From: a virus
Virus record (IMG/VR): IMGVR_UViG_3300045988_129927
DNA: 64,000 nucleotides
Reading direction: 5' to 3' (one strand)
Positions 45,712 to 55,676 of this stretch are shown piece by piece; positions within the stretch are counted from its first letter, which is position 1, and the number at the start of each line of letters is the position of its first letter. Under the pieces are notes generated by a model that ran no database searches, had not been told where the DNA came from, and worked only from the letters and a program-made list of their open reading frames with translations. Made by a program: the position numbers and the translations under genes.

Positions 45712-46572
45712 TTAAGCTAAACCACTTATTTCCCAAGAAACTTCATTTAAAGCACGTACTGTCATTTCTTGATTAAATATAGAAGCACTGAATGCTTCAA
45801 TGAATTCTGCCACACAAGCTACAGCATTACCTACTTTAGCAACCAGTTGTTTAGAGAATCCATCTTGTTTTGCTAAATCAGATAACTCTTTCACATAATT
45901 CATTGTAGTTTCTACAGAAACCATTAATTTACGACGGTCGATTAAGTTAAAGTTATTATTAGCTTTACGAGTAATGTTAATAGATTCAATTAACTCACCA
46001 TTGTTTTTAAATACATCACCATAAGGACGCATAGCATTAAATTCATTACCTTTACGAATCTTGCTAAGAGTATCTAAATCTTTTTTCAATTCTTTCAGAG
46101 CTTTTACATAGAGTGCATCTGAGAAAATAGTAGCATCTTTAATACCATCTTGTGTGGAAATAATACGACCAATGTCAGAACGCAATTGTTCAACTAAACC
46201 CATAGTATTTTTAAATGTCTCAGACATTTTCAAACCATGGGACGTGTAAGTAACATAGGTGGTATTCATACCTGCTGGTACGGATACTTGACGGTCGATT
46301 AAATAAGCGTAGTTATTAGTAAATCCTTTACTGGTCAATTTACGAACCGCTTCTTCATCTACTGAAAGCTGCTTTTGTTCTGTTTCAGTTAGTTTGTTTA
46401 CACCTAATCTTAAAGCGTTAAAACCTTTACTAAAAATACCAGTAATCGCTTGAATCAAACCTTCGTTACTTAACTGGATATCTTTCAATTCAGATACGGA
46501 GAAATTGAGTTGCTCAATCGATACTTCCAATGGAACATTCCATTGATTTTTTAATGCATCAAATTTACTCAT
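45712..46572 (-). CDS. hypothetical protein
   Basis: 286-aa ORF with no motif. Confidence 0.7.
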   Translation of the reverse strand: MSKFDALKNQWNVPLEVSIEQLNFSVSELKDIQLSNEGLIQAITGIFSKGFNALRLGVNKLTETEQKQLSVDEEAVRKLTSKGFTNNYAYLIDRQVSVPAGMNTTYVTYTSHGLKMSETFKNTMGLVEQLRSDIGRIISTQDGIKDATIFSDALYVKALKELKKDLDTLSKIRKGNEFNAMRPYGDVFKNNGELIESINITRKANNNFNLIDRRKLMVSVETTMNYVKELSDLAKQDGFSKQLVAKVGNAVACVAEFIEAFSASIFNQEMTVRALNEVSWEISGLA

Positions 46573-46692
46573 GTTAAATGACTTTCTTCTTAATTATGGT
46601 TAAAAAATAGCTAAATAAATTGTCTCTCCCAATATATTTGAATACATTATATTTAACCCCCCGACAAACAGATTTTCAATAAAGGACATAAC

Positions 46693-48213
46693 ATGGCTAT
46701 TGAAGGTTTCTTTCAAATGGAAGCGAAGACATCACCATATCTTCGCGCAAATATTAATATCGGTTGCTTAATGGATATTCTAACAGGTGCACCTGTATTA
46801 GGAGAACATGGACGTTATATTACAAACGGTGGACATAATGGTTCCGTTGTAATTGTAGGTCCTGGTAACTCATATAAATCCGCTATTGCTGACTATATTA
46901 GTCAGATTTGTGCATTCCGTTTACATCGTTATTCTACTGGTCAAAAATACGATACAGAGAATAATGTGTTTATGCCAGGCTTAGAAGCACGTCTACGTCG
47001 TATCGTTCGTCCTGACCATGAACCAGACTGGTTCCAATCAGGTCGTTGGATTGTGACTGAATCAGCCATCTATAAAGGTGACGAATGGTTTAAGATGGCA
47101 AAAGACTGGATGTACGCTAAGAAAAAAGCAGGTTCTAAAATGATGGTGGAAATCCCTATTCTAGATAGGGAAGGTAAGAAGATTAAAATTCTATTACCTA
47201 CCCATATTACATTGGACTCTGCTTCTAAGTTTGAAGGTTCTCAAATTAATGAATTGCGTGATAAAACAGACTTAGGTGATGCCAAACAAAATATGCTTCA
47301 CATGACTTCTGGTAAAATTAAACGCAACATGATTGACGAACTACCAGATATCTTAGTAGGTACAAATACTTATTTAACCACTACTGTCCACTATGGTGAG
47401 AAATATCAGCTTGATCCATATGCGCCAGTACACCAACCACTTCAACATTTAGACCGTGGTATGCAATTGAAAGGTGTTCCTAATAACATTAACTATCTTG
47501 CCATGACCATGTGGTTGATTCGTGGTGTAGCAAAATTGAACAAATACGATAAAAACCAAATGGATTATCCATTAAAAGGTGTTGGCGTAGACAATAACCC
47601 AGATGACTTAAACGTAGTAAGCATGAAAATGTTACGTTGTAAAACAGGCCCATCAGGTGTGACTGTAAACGTAGTGGTATCGCAGAAGTACGGTGTATTG
47701 GAAGAATTGACTAACTTCCATTTCTTACGTACTCATGGTTTCTTTGGCTTAAAAGGCGATATGTCTTTGAATGGTAGCTTTAAAGATTCTTACTGTGTAT
47801 TACGCCCTGAAGTAAAATTAGCTCGTACTACTGTTCGTAGTTTGATGGATGAAGACCTTCGTTTGGCTCGAGCTATTCAGATTTGTGCAGACATGTTGCA
47901 GATGAAAGAATACTGGCGTGCAGCATTAGGTAATATTGATGTTCGACTTCTTGACCTTACTCCAGAAACACTCTACGAGAAAGTCAAAGAACAAGGTTAC
48001 GACTGGGACATCTTATTGAATACACGTCCATGGTATTCTGCAGACGATGACGACCATTGTCAACTAGAACTCTCTACATTAGATATTATGCGTATTGCAT
48101 TAGGTACTTATCACCCATTCTGGTTAGAAGCTGATAAGAAAACCATCAAGAAAAAATATCGTAAAGAGTTTGTTAAATCAATCACTGAAATGATTGAAGA
48201 ATCTTCTAAATAA
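46693..48213 (+). CDS. uvsX: UvsX/RecA-family recombinase
   Basis: SVVIVGPGNSYKSAIADY matches T4 UvsX LLILAGPSKSFKSNFGL (Walker A). ITLDSASKFEG...DAKQNMLHMTSGKIKRNM matches FIDSLGNLASKKE...MTRAKTMKSLFR. Confidence 0.7.
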   Translation: MAIEGFFQMEAKTSPYLRANINIGCLMDILTGAPVLGEHGRYITNGGHNGSVVIVGPGNSYKSAIADYISQICAFRLHRYSTGQKYDTENNVFMPGLEARLRRIVRPDHEPDWFQSGRWIVTESAIYKGDEWFKMAKDWMYAKKKAGSKMMVEIPILDREGKKIKILLPTHITLDSASKFEGSQINELRDKTDLGDAKQNMLHMTSGKIKRNMIDELPDILVGTNTYLTTTVHYGEKYQLDPYAPVHQPLQHLDRGMQLKGVPNNINYLAMTMWLIRGVAKLNKYDKNQMDYPLKGVGVDNNPDDLNVVSMKMLRCKTGPSGVTVNVVVSQKYGVLEELTNFHFLRTHGFFGLKGDMSLNGSFKDSYCVLRPEVKLARTTVRSLMDEDLRLARAIQICADMLQMKEYWRAALGNIDVRLLDLTPETLYEKVKEQGYDWDILLNTRPWYSADDDDHCQLELSTLDIMRIALGTYHPFWLEADKKTIKKKYRKEFVKSITEMIEESSK

Positions 48214-48224
48214 AGGAAATCAAA

Positions 48225-49052
48225 ATGACTGAATTGAATAACACTAATGAAGAACAAGTAATCGAATTGACTAAAGAAACAGCTCAAGAGATTAATGACG
48301 AATATGCTAAAATGGCTGGTGAAGAACCAGTAAAAGTAGAAGATACTCTAAATAAAACAGGTTTGAAAGATGAGACATTTGAAGCTCTGATTACTGACCC
48401 TAATTTTATTTTGAGTGATTTGAAAAAGCTGATTGATAAACATGGTCTCTTTACATTGACTGATTTGTTTAATTTCATGGGATTTAATATCAATACCTTG
48501 AAAGCAGTAATTTATAACAAATCTATTACTGAACAAATCTTTCTTTTGTCTCGTGAACTTCGTTTGTTCTTGTTCCGCATTGGTGAACTATCTGGTAAGA
48601 AAGAAGATGGTTATAACACACGTGAGATTCGTTCTTTATTGGGTGAAACCATGACTTCTAAGGAATGGTTAGAGTTACTAGATACTCAAATCCTCCCTTA
48701 CATTGGCTACTATGTAGAACATGGCAAGATTGACCGTGAATGGTTTACTCGCGAAGAGAATAAGATTGAATCTCAAGAAGAAGCTACCGCCGCCGTTGTT
48801 CGAGAGGCATTTGAAACTAATCGTAAATTAGCAAATGAGATGATGCAGATGAACGAAGAAATTAAAGTTCTATTTGATGAAGATGGTAATGTACGCGAAG
48901 GCGAAGATACAGACAATCTTCAACTGGAGCACGGTGAAGAAACTGTTCTTGAAACTAATGACGAGGAAGTCAAAGAAGCTCAAGAACACCTCGACCACGC
49001 TGGTGAGACAGTAGTGGAAGAAAAGCCAGTACAAGAACAAACCCAACAGTAA
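48225..49052 (+). CDS. hypothetical acidic protein
   Basis: 275-aa E-rich ORF with RBS aaaggaaatcaaaATG. Confidence 0.7.
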   Translation: MTELNNTNEEQVIELTKETAQEINDEYAKMAGEEPVKVEDTLNKTGLKDETFEALITDPNFILSDLKKLIDKHGLFTLTDLFNFMGFNINTLKAVIYNKSITEQIFLLSRELRLFLFRIGELSGKKEDGYNTREIRSLLGETMTSKEWLELLDTQILPYIGYYVEHGKIDREWFTREENKIESQEEATAAVVREAFETNRKLANEMMQMNEEIKVLFDEDGNVREGEDTDNLQLEHGEETVLETNDEEVKEAQEHLDHAGETVVEEKPVQEQTQQ

Positions 49053-49064
49053 ATAATTAGACAT

Positions 49065-49090
49065 CCTACGTAATCTTATGATTACGTAGG
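49065..49090 (+). terminator. hairpin terminator
   Basis: cctacgtaatc / gattacgtagg stem with loop ttat. Confidence 0.6.
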
Positions 49091-49128
49091 TGTTTATATT
49101 GTTATATGTTTTTATAAGGTAGTTCAAA

Positions 49129-49809
49129 ATGAATAATGCCAGAAAAGCAGCGACTGATTTAGCTGTAGAATTTATTGGTAAGCTATTACCAAAAACCAAT
49201 AACGCTGAACTAACTCGGCAGCGTTTAGATAGGTTAAGCGACAAAGAATTTGAAGAATTAATGCATTCATTTAAGAATGAAAAAGATTACTTACAGTTAT
49301 TCTCACCAATTGGTGATGATGATGCCCGTCTGAATATGGACAATTTACATAAAGTAGGACACGAGTACGGTATTGAGTTTTACCATAAGATTTGGATGCC
49401 TGAAGAAGACGGTAGTTGGGAATTATCAAATAAAGAAGCGATGATTGTTTATCTCCCTATCCGTGTACAACAGCAATTGATTTCTAAAAAGATTTCTATT
49501 CCTAAAGACAATAACCATGTCGACTTCTATACAGGACAAGCTACTGGTCCTAATTCAAAAGGTGCACGTGTATCTTATCCTGAAGTCAATATGTTGTTAG
49601 CCATGGGTCTAAATAAAACTGTGGAAGAAATGATGCACTTTAGGGGTGGTTCTGAAAAAGGTATGCGTCTATTAGAGCAATCTATTTCTCAAATGGGTAG
49701 GGCTTCAGCAGATGCCTTAAAACCATATAGTGGTGAAGTAGGTGCAACCTTAATGCTTCATTCTTATTTAACAGCAATGATGTTAAAATCTACATTATTG
49801 CAAAAATAA
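49129..49809 (+). CDS. stand-alone RNAP beta C-terminal module (226 aa)
   Basis: MIVYLPIRVQQQLISKKIS...TGQATGPNSKGARVSYPEVNMLLAMGLNKTVEEMMHFRGGSEKG aligns with RpoB MYMLKLNHLVDDKMHARS...[46 protein letters not shown]. Confidence 0.6.
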   Translation: MNNARKAATDLAVEFIGKLLPKTNNAELTRQRLDRLSDKEFEELMHSFKNEKDYLQLFSPIGDDDARLNMDNLHKVGHEYGIEFYHKIWMPEEDGSWELSNKEAMIVYLPIRVQQQLISKKISIPKDNNHVDFYTGQATGPNSKGARVSYPEVNMLLAMGLNKTVEEMMHFRGGSEKGMRLLEQSISQMGRASADALKPYSGEVGATLMLHSYLTAMMLKSTLLQK

Positions 49810-49821
49810 AAGGAAACCAAA

Positions 49822-50388
49822 ATGGAAGATGTAGACATTGACCTGACACAAGAACAAAGTGATGTAGAAGTAGCATATGCTTATACTACTAATTATATCG
49901 CTAAATTAGACCAAGAGATTAAAGAAGATAATTCTTTTTCAAAAAGAATAGAAAAAGAACTTTATCGCAGTAGTGCACATGTTCTTTCTAGATTCGACGA
50001 GCGTAAACAATTACCTTTATTCTTTACCACAAGTACAGACAATAAACTGTCTTCTTACATTAATAGTTTATTTAAAATAGAGAAAATTCAAGACATTTAT
50101 CGTTATCTTACATCAGGTACAGAAGAAGCTAATTTAATAGCTAATATCTTACAAGATATTTATTGTCACTTTAAGTTAAATAACCATGGACTATACGATG
50201 ATGTTCGTCTTTATATCAATACATTGGTTAGAGACCTTAATAGTCAAAATCTAGCAGAAGACATTACTAAGAATTATCTTATTAGACCTGATATTTGGAT
50301 ATTTATTGTTTTACAGACATTTACTAAATTAAACTATAAAGACTGTGTGTTGTACTATATTTTAAGTGAATCTACTTTGAAAGGATAA
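49822..50388 (+). CDS. hypothetical protein
   Basis: 188-aa ORF with RBS aaaggaaaccaaaATG. Confidence 0.65.
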   Translation: MEDVDIDLTQEQSDVEVAYAYTTNYIAKLDQEIKEDNSFSKRIEKELYRSSAHVLSRFDERKQLPLFFTTSTDNKLSSYINSLFKIEKIQDIYRYLTSGTEEANLIANILQDIYCHFKLNNHGLYDDVRLYINTLVRDLNSQNLAEDITKNYLIRPDIWIFIVLQTFTKLNYKDCVLYYILSESTLKG

Positions 50389-50392
50389 CTAA

Positions 50393-51199
50393 ATGATTAA
50401 TAAAGAAGTCCAAAAGAAACATGGGTTTCTGGTTAGTCTAGATGAATTATTCGACACTCGATTAGCTGTACTAGAGATGATGGACTTTGAAAAAGCAGAT
50501 GAATTACAAGTCACAGGTTTCTTTACACGAGAAAGAGACGAGTTTCCAGGTATAGACTTATACGAGTTTCGTAAACGCTATGCTGAAAGAAACATTGCTG
50601 TATTGGCTAATTCTACCATGACTAATCTCATGATTAATCTTCGAGACATCATTGGTTCTTATATTGTAGAAAATACATACGAGAACAAAGAAGCAGAAGT
50701 GGACTTAGTATTAAACACTTATCCTTATCAATTAACCAAAGAAGAATTAAATGACATGGTAACCTGTATTAAACTTCATTTAGGTAATATTGTTCCAGTA
50801 AGGGTAATTCACCAACCTCTTAAGAAAATTAGTAGTGATTGGTTAGATGACAATGTGGTTTCATTCTATTGTTACGACTGGAATGAGTGGTTAACGCACC
50901 ATTATACAGAGTTTATTAAGAAACGACTAGAAACAGTGGTGATGTTGTGTCCACGTATTGCTCCATTGTCTAATCAAGAAGGTCTTAATCAGGTAAATGA
51001 AATTAATAAAGAAATCGAATCTGTTAAAATCATTTCAGAAAAAGACTTAGAGTCTGAAGACTTTAATGAAGACTCATTTGGTGCTATTGAATCTATTTGT
51101 AAACACGCTGGATTAAACTTATCTTTTGTAGATACCCGTTTATTCTGTCGTATGTTACCTAATGATGTACCTACACCAACAGAAAAGTTTAAGTATTAA
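50393..51199 (+). CDS. hypothetical protein
   Basis: 268-aa ORF starting 4 nt after the upstream stop. Confidence 0.7.
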   Translation: MINKEVQKKHGFLVSLDELFDTRLAVLEMMDFEKADELQVTGFFTRERDEFPGIDLYEFRKRYAERNIAVLANSTMTNLMINLRDIIGSYIVENTYENKEAEVDLVLNTYPYQLTKEELNDMVTCIKLHLGNIVPVRVIHQPLKKISSDWLDDNVVSFYCYDWNEWLTHHYTEFIKKRLETVVMLCPRIAPLSNQEGLNQVNEINKEIESVKIISEKDLESEDFNEDSFGAIESICKHAGLNLSFVDTRLFCRMLPNDVPTPTEKFKY

Positions 51200-51313
51200 T
51201 TTTCTAATACATGTTTTATATGAGAAAGATGTCGGGTTTTTCTCGTCCATGAGAATGAAACAAATTTTCGCCATATTTTTGTTTCATCATGTTAGTTCCT
51301 TAGTGTTAACATA

Positions 51314-51345
51314 CTACTACTCTACCTAAAAAGGTAGAGTAGTAG
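51314..51345. terminator. bidirectional hairpin terminator
   Basis: ctactactctacc / ggtagagtagtag, a 13-bp perfect stem. The core actctacc/ggtagagt is shared with the hairpins at 61617 and 62251. Confidence 0.65.
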
Positions 51346-51363
51346 CTATGTCTTTTATGCTAT

Positions 51364-52614
51364 TTATTTTTTAACTAATGTCAATAGATTAAAGAAGTAA
51401 GCAGATGGGATACGATATCTGTCCGTAGGCTGACGTGCATCATTGTAATAACTATTCTCCGTTAAAGGCCAGCTCTTATTATACAAACGTGGACGATACT
51501 GACAGTCTGCAGTTTCTAATACATAAGTATCACCGTCTTTAATAGTAACATATTCTTCAAATTTACCCAATCGTGTCATCATGGGTAATTTAGGTTTGTA
51601 TTCTGTTAAATAGTTATTTGGAATACCACGCATTCTAGGATAAGTAATGTCTCTAAATACTTCAGTATTATCCAGTAAGACAATAAAAGAATAACTGAGT
51701 GTCAAGTATTTCTTAATAAAGTCATCTGAATAAACATCTGTTAAGATTAGATTAGTTTCACCGTATTTCTTATCAAATAAAGTATCACCGTAATCTAAGT
51801 CATCGTTACTTAAATGAATACGTTCTAACAAAGGTACATTTTTTAATTTAACTTTTACAGCACTGTCTGAAATACGACTAAACACTTCGTAATCTAAGAC
51901 ATGCATGAAACCACCTAGTATTAGAATAATGGTTTTATTACTACAGTCTTCACCAATATCAATCACGCACTCATGGTATAAACTAACTTTCTCATTTAAC
52001 TTACTAATCATTTCTTTACGAATAGGTATTTGTTTCAAAGCACCTAGATTCTCAAAACTAATGACACCAATACAGTGTTTCTTTCTCTTCTTAATGGTCT
52101 TATAACCATCTTCTACCCATAACCCTTTACTGTTAGCATCTGTTTGATGGACATAACCATTGACAGTAAATAAAGTATATTTCTGTAACTCTACTGGATT
52201 AACTCCTTTTTTAGTAATAAATAAATCATTATAGATATACTTATCACTAAAGTCACCGTCAGGCAATAATCCTTTTCTAACAGGTACAATCTTAAATCGA
52301 TTACTTAATGCTTCTTTATAAAGTAAACCAGACTTACTAATCTCTGTACTACCAGGAGTTAATTTAAAACCTTTCTCACCAATTCTATCTAAGTATCGAA
52401 AGAAGGTTTCATTAGCTCTTAATTCAGTCTCGTAATCGTCTACAGTAATCACACCACTCTTTTTAGTATACTTGTTAAAAAGAGTAGCACGTATGGTATT
52501 ATAACGTTTATATAATTTATCTAAAGGGTATTTCTTTAAATCTACTGGTTCCCATTGTGCTTGGGAGCCAATCACTCTACCCATTGCTGATTTAATTTCA
52601 TATGCAGCAGCCAT
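51364..52614 (-). CDS. hypothetical protein (adjacent to tail-fibre module)
   Basis: Start moved to MAAAYEIK (RBS gtaggagaatttacATG). No motif. Confidence 0.7.
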   Translation of the reverse strand: MAAAYEIKSAMGRVIGSQAQWEPVDLKKYPLDKLYKRYNTIRATLFNKYTKKSGVITVDDYETELRANETFFRYLDRIGEKGFKLTPGSTEISKSGLLYKEALSNRFKIVPVRKGLLPDGDFSDKYIYNDLFITKKGVNPVELQKYTLFTVNGYVHQTDANSKGLWVEDGYKTIKKRKKHCIGVISFENLGALKQIPIRKEMISKLNEKVSLYHECVIDIGEDCSNKTIILILGGFMHVLDYEVFSRISDSAVKVKLKNVPLLERIHLSNDDLDYGDTLFDKKYGETNLILTDVYSDDFIKKYLTLSYSFIVLLDNTEVFRDITYPRMRGIPNNYLTEYKPKLPMMTRLGKFEEYVTIKDGDTYVLETADCQYRPRLYNKSWPLTENSYYNDARQPTDRYRIPSAYFFNLLTLVKK

Positions 52615-52751
52615 GTAAATTCTCCTACACGCTCGAGACAAATATATGAATATTTGCGACAGGCGCATTATAGATTAATAAATAAGTATTAACGGTATTT
52701 TTTTATATTCCGTTAGTCGTACTAAAAGTTTCATAAATTCGAGGAATTGAT

Positions 52752-55589
52752 ATGGCACAAAATACAAATCCTGTTTATGCATTTGACCCTAACGGGATAA
52801 ATCAAAACAACATTATCCGGAATGAACGACATACTGTAACCATTAAGAATAATTACGACTTTAACTACATTGTACCAGACTATGCTCCTTTCTTTGTTAA
52901 TGATTTTAAAATGTATACATTAACACAGCAAGGTGCTAAGAATTACATGGTTGAAGGTGTAGACTACGTATTTGGCTTTAGGTTTATTCAAGCCACCATG
53001 CGAGCCGGTAAAGTACTCTATGGTTCAGTACAATTCATTAATCGAAAATTTAGCGGTGATGTGTACTTAGAATATCGTACAGTAGGCGGTATTTGGAACA
53101 TCGATGCTCAAAAAATTAACCACATTCTATCAGAATGGATGCATAACCCAGTTACTACTTCTTGGGAACAAGTGGCTGACCTACCTGCACAGTTCCCAGT
53201 AATCGAACATACTCATGACATTAATAAAATGCCTGGTATTGAAGAATTGATTGCTGAAGTACGTAAGTTAGGTTCTGCGTCACGTGAATCATTACAAGAA
53301 TCCATTATTAACCAAGTAAACCTAGCAGTAGGTCGTATTACTAAGAATGATATTGGTTTAGGTAACATCCGTAACTTATCTACATTACCTGCTACTAAAT
53401 ATACTGACCGTAGTGAAGACTATTATGTTACACCTAAGTCTGTAGTAGGTATTATTGATAACTACATCAAACCCATGATTGTTGAACACATCAATGCACG
53501 CGGTAATGTACACCACTTAACCGCTGCTGATATTGGTGCAATCACGACATTAGATTTAAATAATGCTTTATCTGGTAAATTAGGTAAAAATGAGAAAGCC
53601 GCCGATACTACATTAATGGATGGCCGTAACTCTCAACAACTTAAAAACTGGATATTAGAAGGTACTTCAGCCAACACCATTAAGTTTAATAACTTAACTT
53701 ATCCGCAAATGATGGAAGACGTAACTAACCGTATTAACTCTTCTATCCAAAGTGCTACAGGTAGTAATAACGAAGCCATCATGCAACGTTTAAATAATAC
53801 TACAGTAGGTAATACTCAGCGATTTGGTAATAAAACACCAGATGAATATGCTGCTTGGCTATTGGCTAAAGAAATCAATGCTACGACCTTAAATGGTAAA
53901 AACTTAACGACTATTTTAAGTGAAGCTAAAAATAATGTCAATGCAGCACAGTTAAATGGCTCTACTAAAGAACAAATTATTGCTTCTGCTAAACAGAATG
54001 TGAATGCTGCTCGATTAGAAGGTAAGTCAGTATCTGATTTGAAATTTGAATTTCAAAGAGATATTGTAGCAAACAATGTAAGTAATGCAGTCGTAGATAG
54101 AATCACACAAACTGTACGTACTAATATTGCTGGTAACTTAGACGCTGCTACTTTAGGTGGTAAATCAGCTGCTGCTATTATTAACGAAGCGAAAAACAAC
54201 GTCACTCAAGTAGGTGGTTTAACAGTTGACCAAATCGTTGCTAAGTCTTTACAACAAGCTAATAACAGTGTGAATGCAGGTTCATTTGGCGGTAAGACAC
54301 CCGCAGCGTGGCGTGAAGAGATTCGTCAATCTCACGTGTCAGACTCTGACCAATTAGCAGGTAAATCATTAGCGACTATTAAGACTGAAATTGAAAATGA
54401 AAACCGTAATGCTTTTACTAAGAACTTTGTAAACATGGGTACTGGCGTAGACCAATTAGCACCTACAGCTAATGCAAATATCTTGAAGATGGGTTGGTCT
54501 AATAAGAAACAAGTCATGGCTACCGTAGACAGTAAAAACTTAGGTTACTTATTCAGATTTGTTAAAGTATTGACTAGTGAAGATTTGAATACACTTAAAG
54601 GTGATGAACACTATGGTTTCTATTCTCAAGACGCTAACGTTAATGCTACGACTGCGAGAAACTACCCAGAACAAAGAGCAGGTACACTTTGGGTAATGCC
54701 AGGTGCTTACCAAGGTTTACAATTCTATACAGTGTTTAGTACTGGTAATACTTATTTCCGTACTACTGAATACGATGGTAGTTGGGGTAATTGGATGTTG
54801 ACCAGTGTATCAGAGAGTCGTATTTCTCATTCTACTACAGGTACAGATACGACTAAAGTAGCTTCTGAAAAAGCAGTAGGTGATTTAAAACGTGCTACTG
54901 ATACTAACCTAGATACTAAAGTAGGTAAAGAAGGTAATCAAGCAATTAATGGCCAACTGCAAGTAGGCAAACAAAATGAGTGGACGAAGATTCAAATGCC
55001 ATCAGGTAATGGTAAATGGATTTTTGAAACACTTCCTACCTCCAATGTTACTGGTGCAACCAAAGTATATCCTCGTTTGAATCTGAAGTATTCTGAAGGA
55101 AGTAATAACTACTTAGTTCGATTCCCAGAAGTTAGTAAAGATGAAACTGTGGTGTATAAATCTTATTTAGATACTGCTGCTACACAAGCCATTAATCAGG
55201 CTGTGGCTAAAGTCTATAATGAAGGTGGCGTATTTAAGAAGAAAATCACTTTGACTCCAAATAATTCTGCTGACTTAGACATCTTAGGTTCTGCTGCTCG
55301 TAATAGTGGTTTTAAATTTAAAGAAGACGGCAGTATCCTAACTAAGGTTGCTAGTAAAGATAGAGTAATTATTGAACCAGATGGTAGCATGACGATTTAT
55401 ACTGGTACAGGTGCACGAGTATTAATTGATAACAATGGTAATGTTAAATCTTTCTCTGCTGCTAATCAAATGGTATTTAATTCAGGTGATATGGAAAACA
55501 CAATTATCAATACGATAAAGAGTTTCCTATTAGACAGTAATTCTAATAAACTTAAAACTGAATTTGTACCTCCTGCTCGCTGGAGTTAA
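52752..55589 (+). CDS. tail fibre protein (long paralogue)
   Basis: 945-aa ORF with about seven 21-aa LxGK...AKNNVNA repeats, EHTH and INARGNVHHLT motifs, and N/T/G/S-rich composition typical of fibres. Confidence 0.75.
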   Translation: MAQNTNPVYAFDPNGINQNNIIRNERHTVTIKNNYDFNYIVPDYAPFFVNDFKMYTLTQQGAKNYMVEGVDYVFGFRFIQATMRAGKVLYGSVQFINRKFSGDVYLEYRTVGGIWNIDAQKINHILSEWMHNPVTTSWEQVADLPAQFPVIEHTHDINKMPGIEELIAEVRKLGSASRESLQESIINQVNLAVGRITKNDIGLGNIRNLSTLPATKYTDRSEDYYVTPKSVVGIIDNYIKPMIVEHINARGNVHHLTAADIGAITTLDLNNALSGKLGKNEKAADTTLMDGRNSQQLKNWILEGTSANTIKFNNLTYPQMMEDVTNRINSSIQSATGSNNEAIMQRLNNTTVGNTQRFGNKTPDEYAAWLLAKEINATTLNGKNLTTILSEAKNNVNAAQLNGSTKEQIIASAKQNVNAARLEGKSVSDLKFEFQRDIVANNVSNAVVDRITQTVRTNIAGNLDAATLGGKSAAAIINEAKNNVTQVGGLTVDQIVAKSLQQANNSVNAGSFGGKTPAAWREEIRQSHVSDSDQLAGKSLATIKTEIENENRNAFTKNFVNMGTGVDQLAPTANANILKMGWSNKKQVMATVDSKNLGYLFRFVKVLTSEDLNTLKGDEHYGFYSQDANVNATTARNYPEQRAGTLWVMPGAYQGLQFYTVFSTGNTYFRTTEYDGSWGNWMLTSVSESRISHSTTGTDTTKVASEKAVGDLKRATDTNLDTKVGKEGNQAINGQLQVGKQNEWTKIQMPSGNGKWIFETLPTSNVTGATKVYPRLNLKYSEGSNNYLVRFPEVSKDETVVYKSYLDTAATQAINQAVAKVYNEGGVFKKKITLTPNNSADLDILGSAARNSGFKFKEDGSILTKVASKDRVIIEPDGSMTIYTGTGARVLIDNNGNVKSFSAANQMVFNSGDMENTIINTIKSFLLDSNSNKLKTEFVPPARWS
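53872..54400 (+). repeat. in-frame ~21-aa tandem repeats within the tail fibre
   Basis: TLNGKNLTTILSEAKNNVNAA / QLNGSTKEQIIASAKQNVNAA / TLGGKSAAAIINEAKNNVTQV / QLAGKSLATIKTEIENENRNA and further copies. Confidence 0.7.
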
Positions 55590-55596
55590 TAAGATA

Positions 55597-55630
55597 AATT
55601 ACTACGGTGAAATAAATCACCGTAGTAATT
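55597..55630 (+). terminator. hairpin terminator
   Basis: aattactacggtga / tcaccgtagtaatt, a 14-bp perfect stem. Confidence 0.65.
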
Positions 55631-55676
55631 TTATCGAATATCTTTGAGTGTTTATATTAAAATAAGGAATTTAGAA

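Noticed and set aside
51216-51290. 24-aa minus-strand ORF (MMKQKYGENLFHSHGREKPDIFLI) with an AAGGA RBS in the 51200-51363 spacer
   Set aside because: It lies downstream of a strong terminator with no evident promoter, and it is too short to distinguish from chance in an AT-rich spacer.
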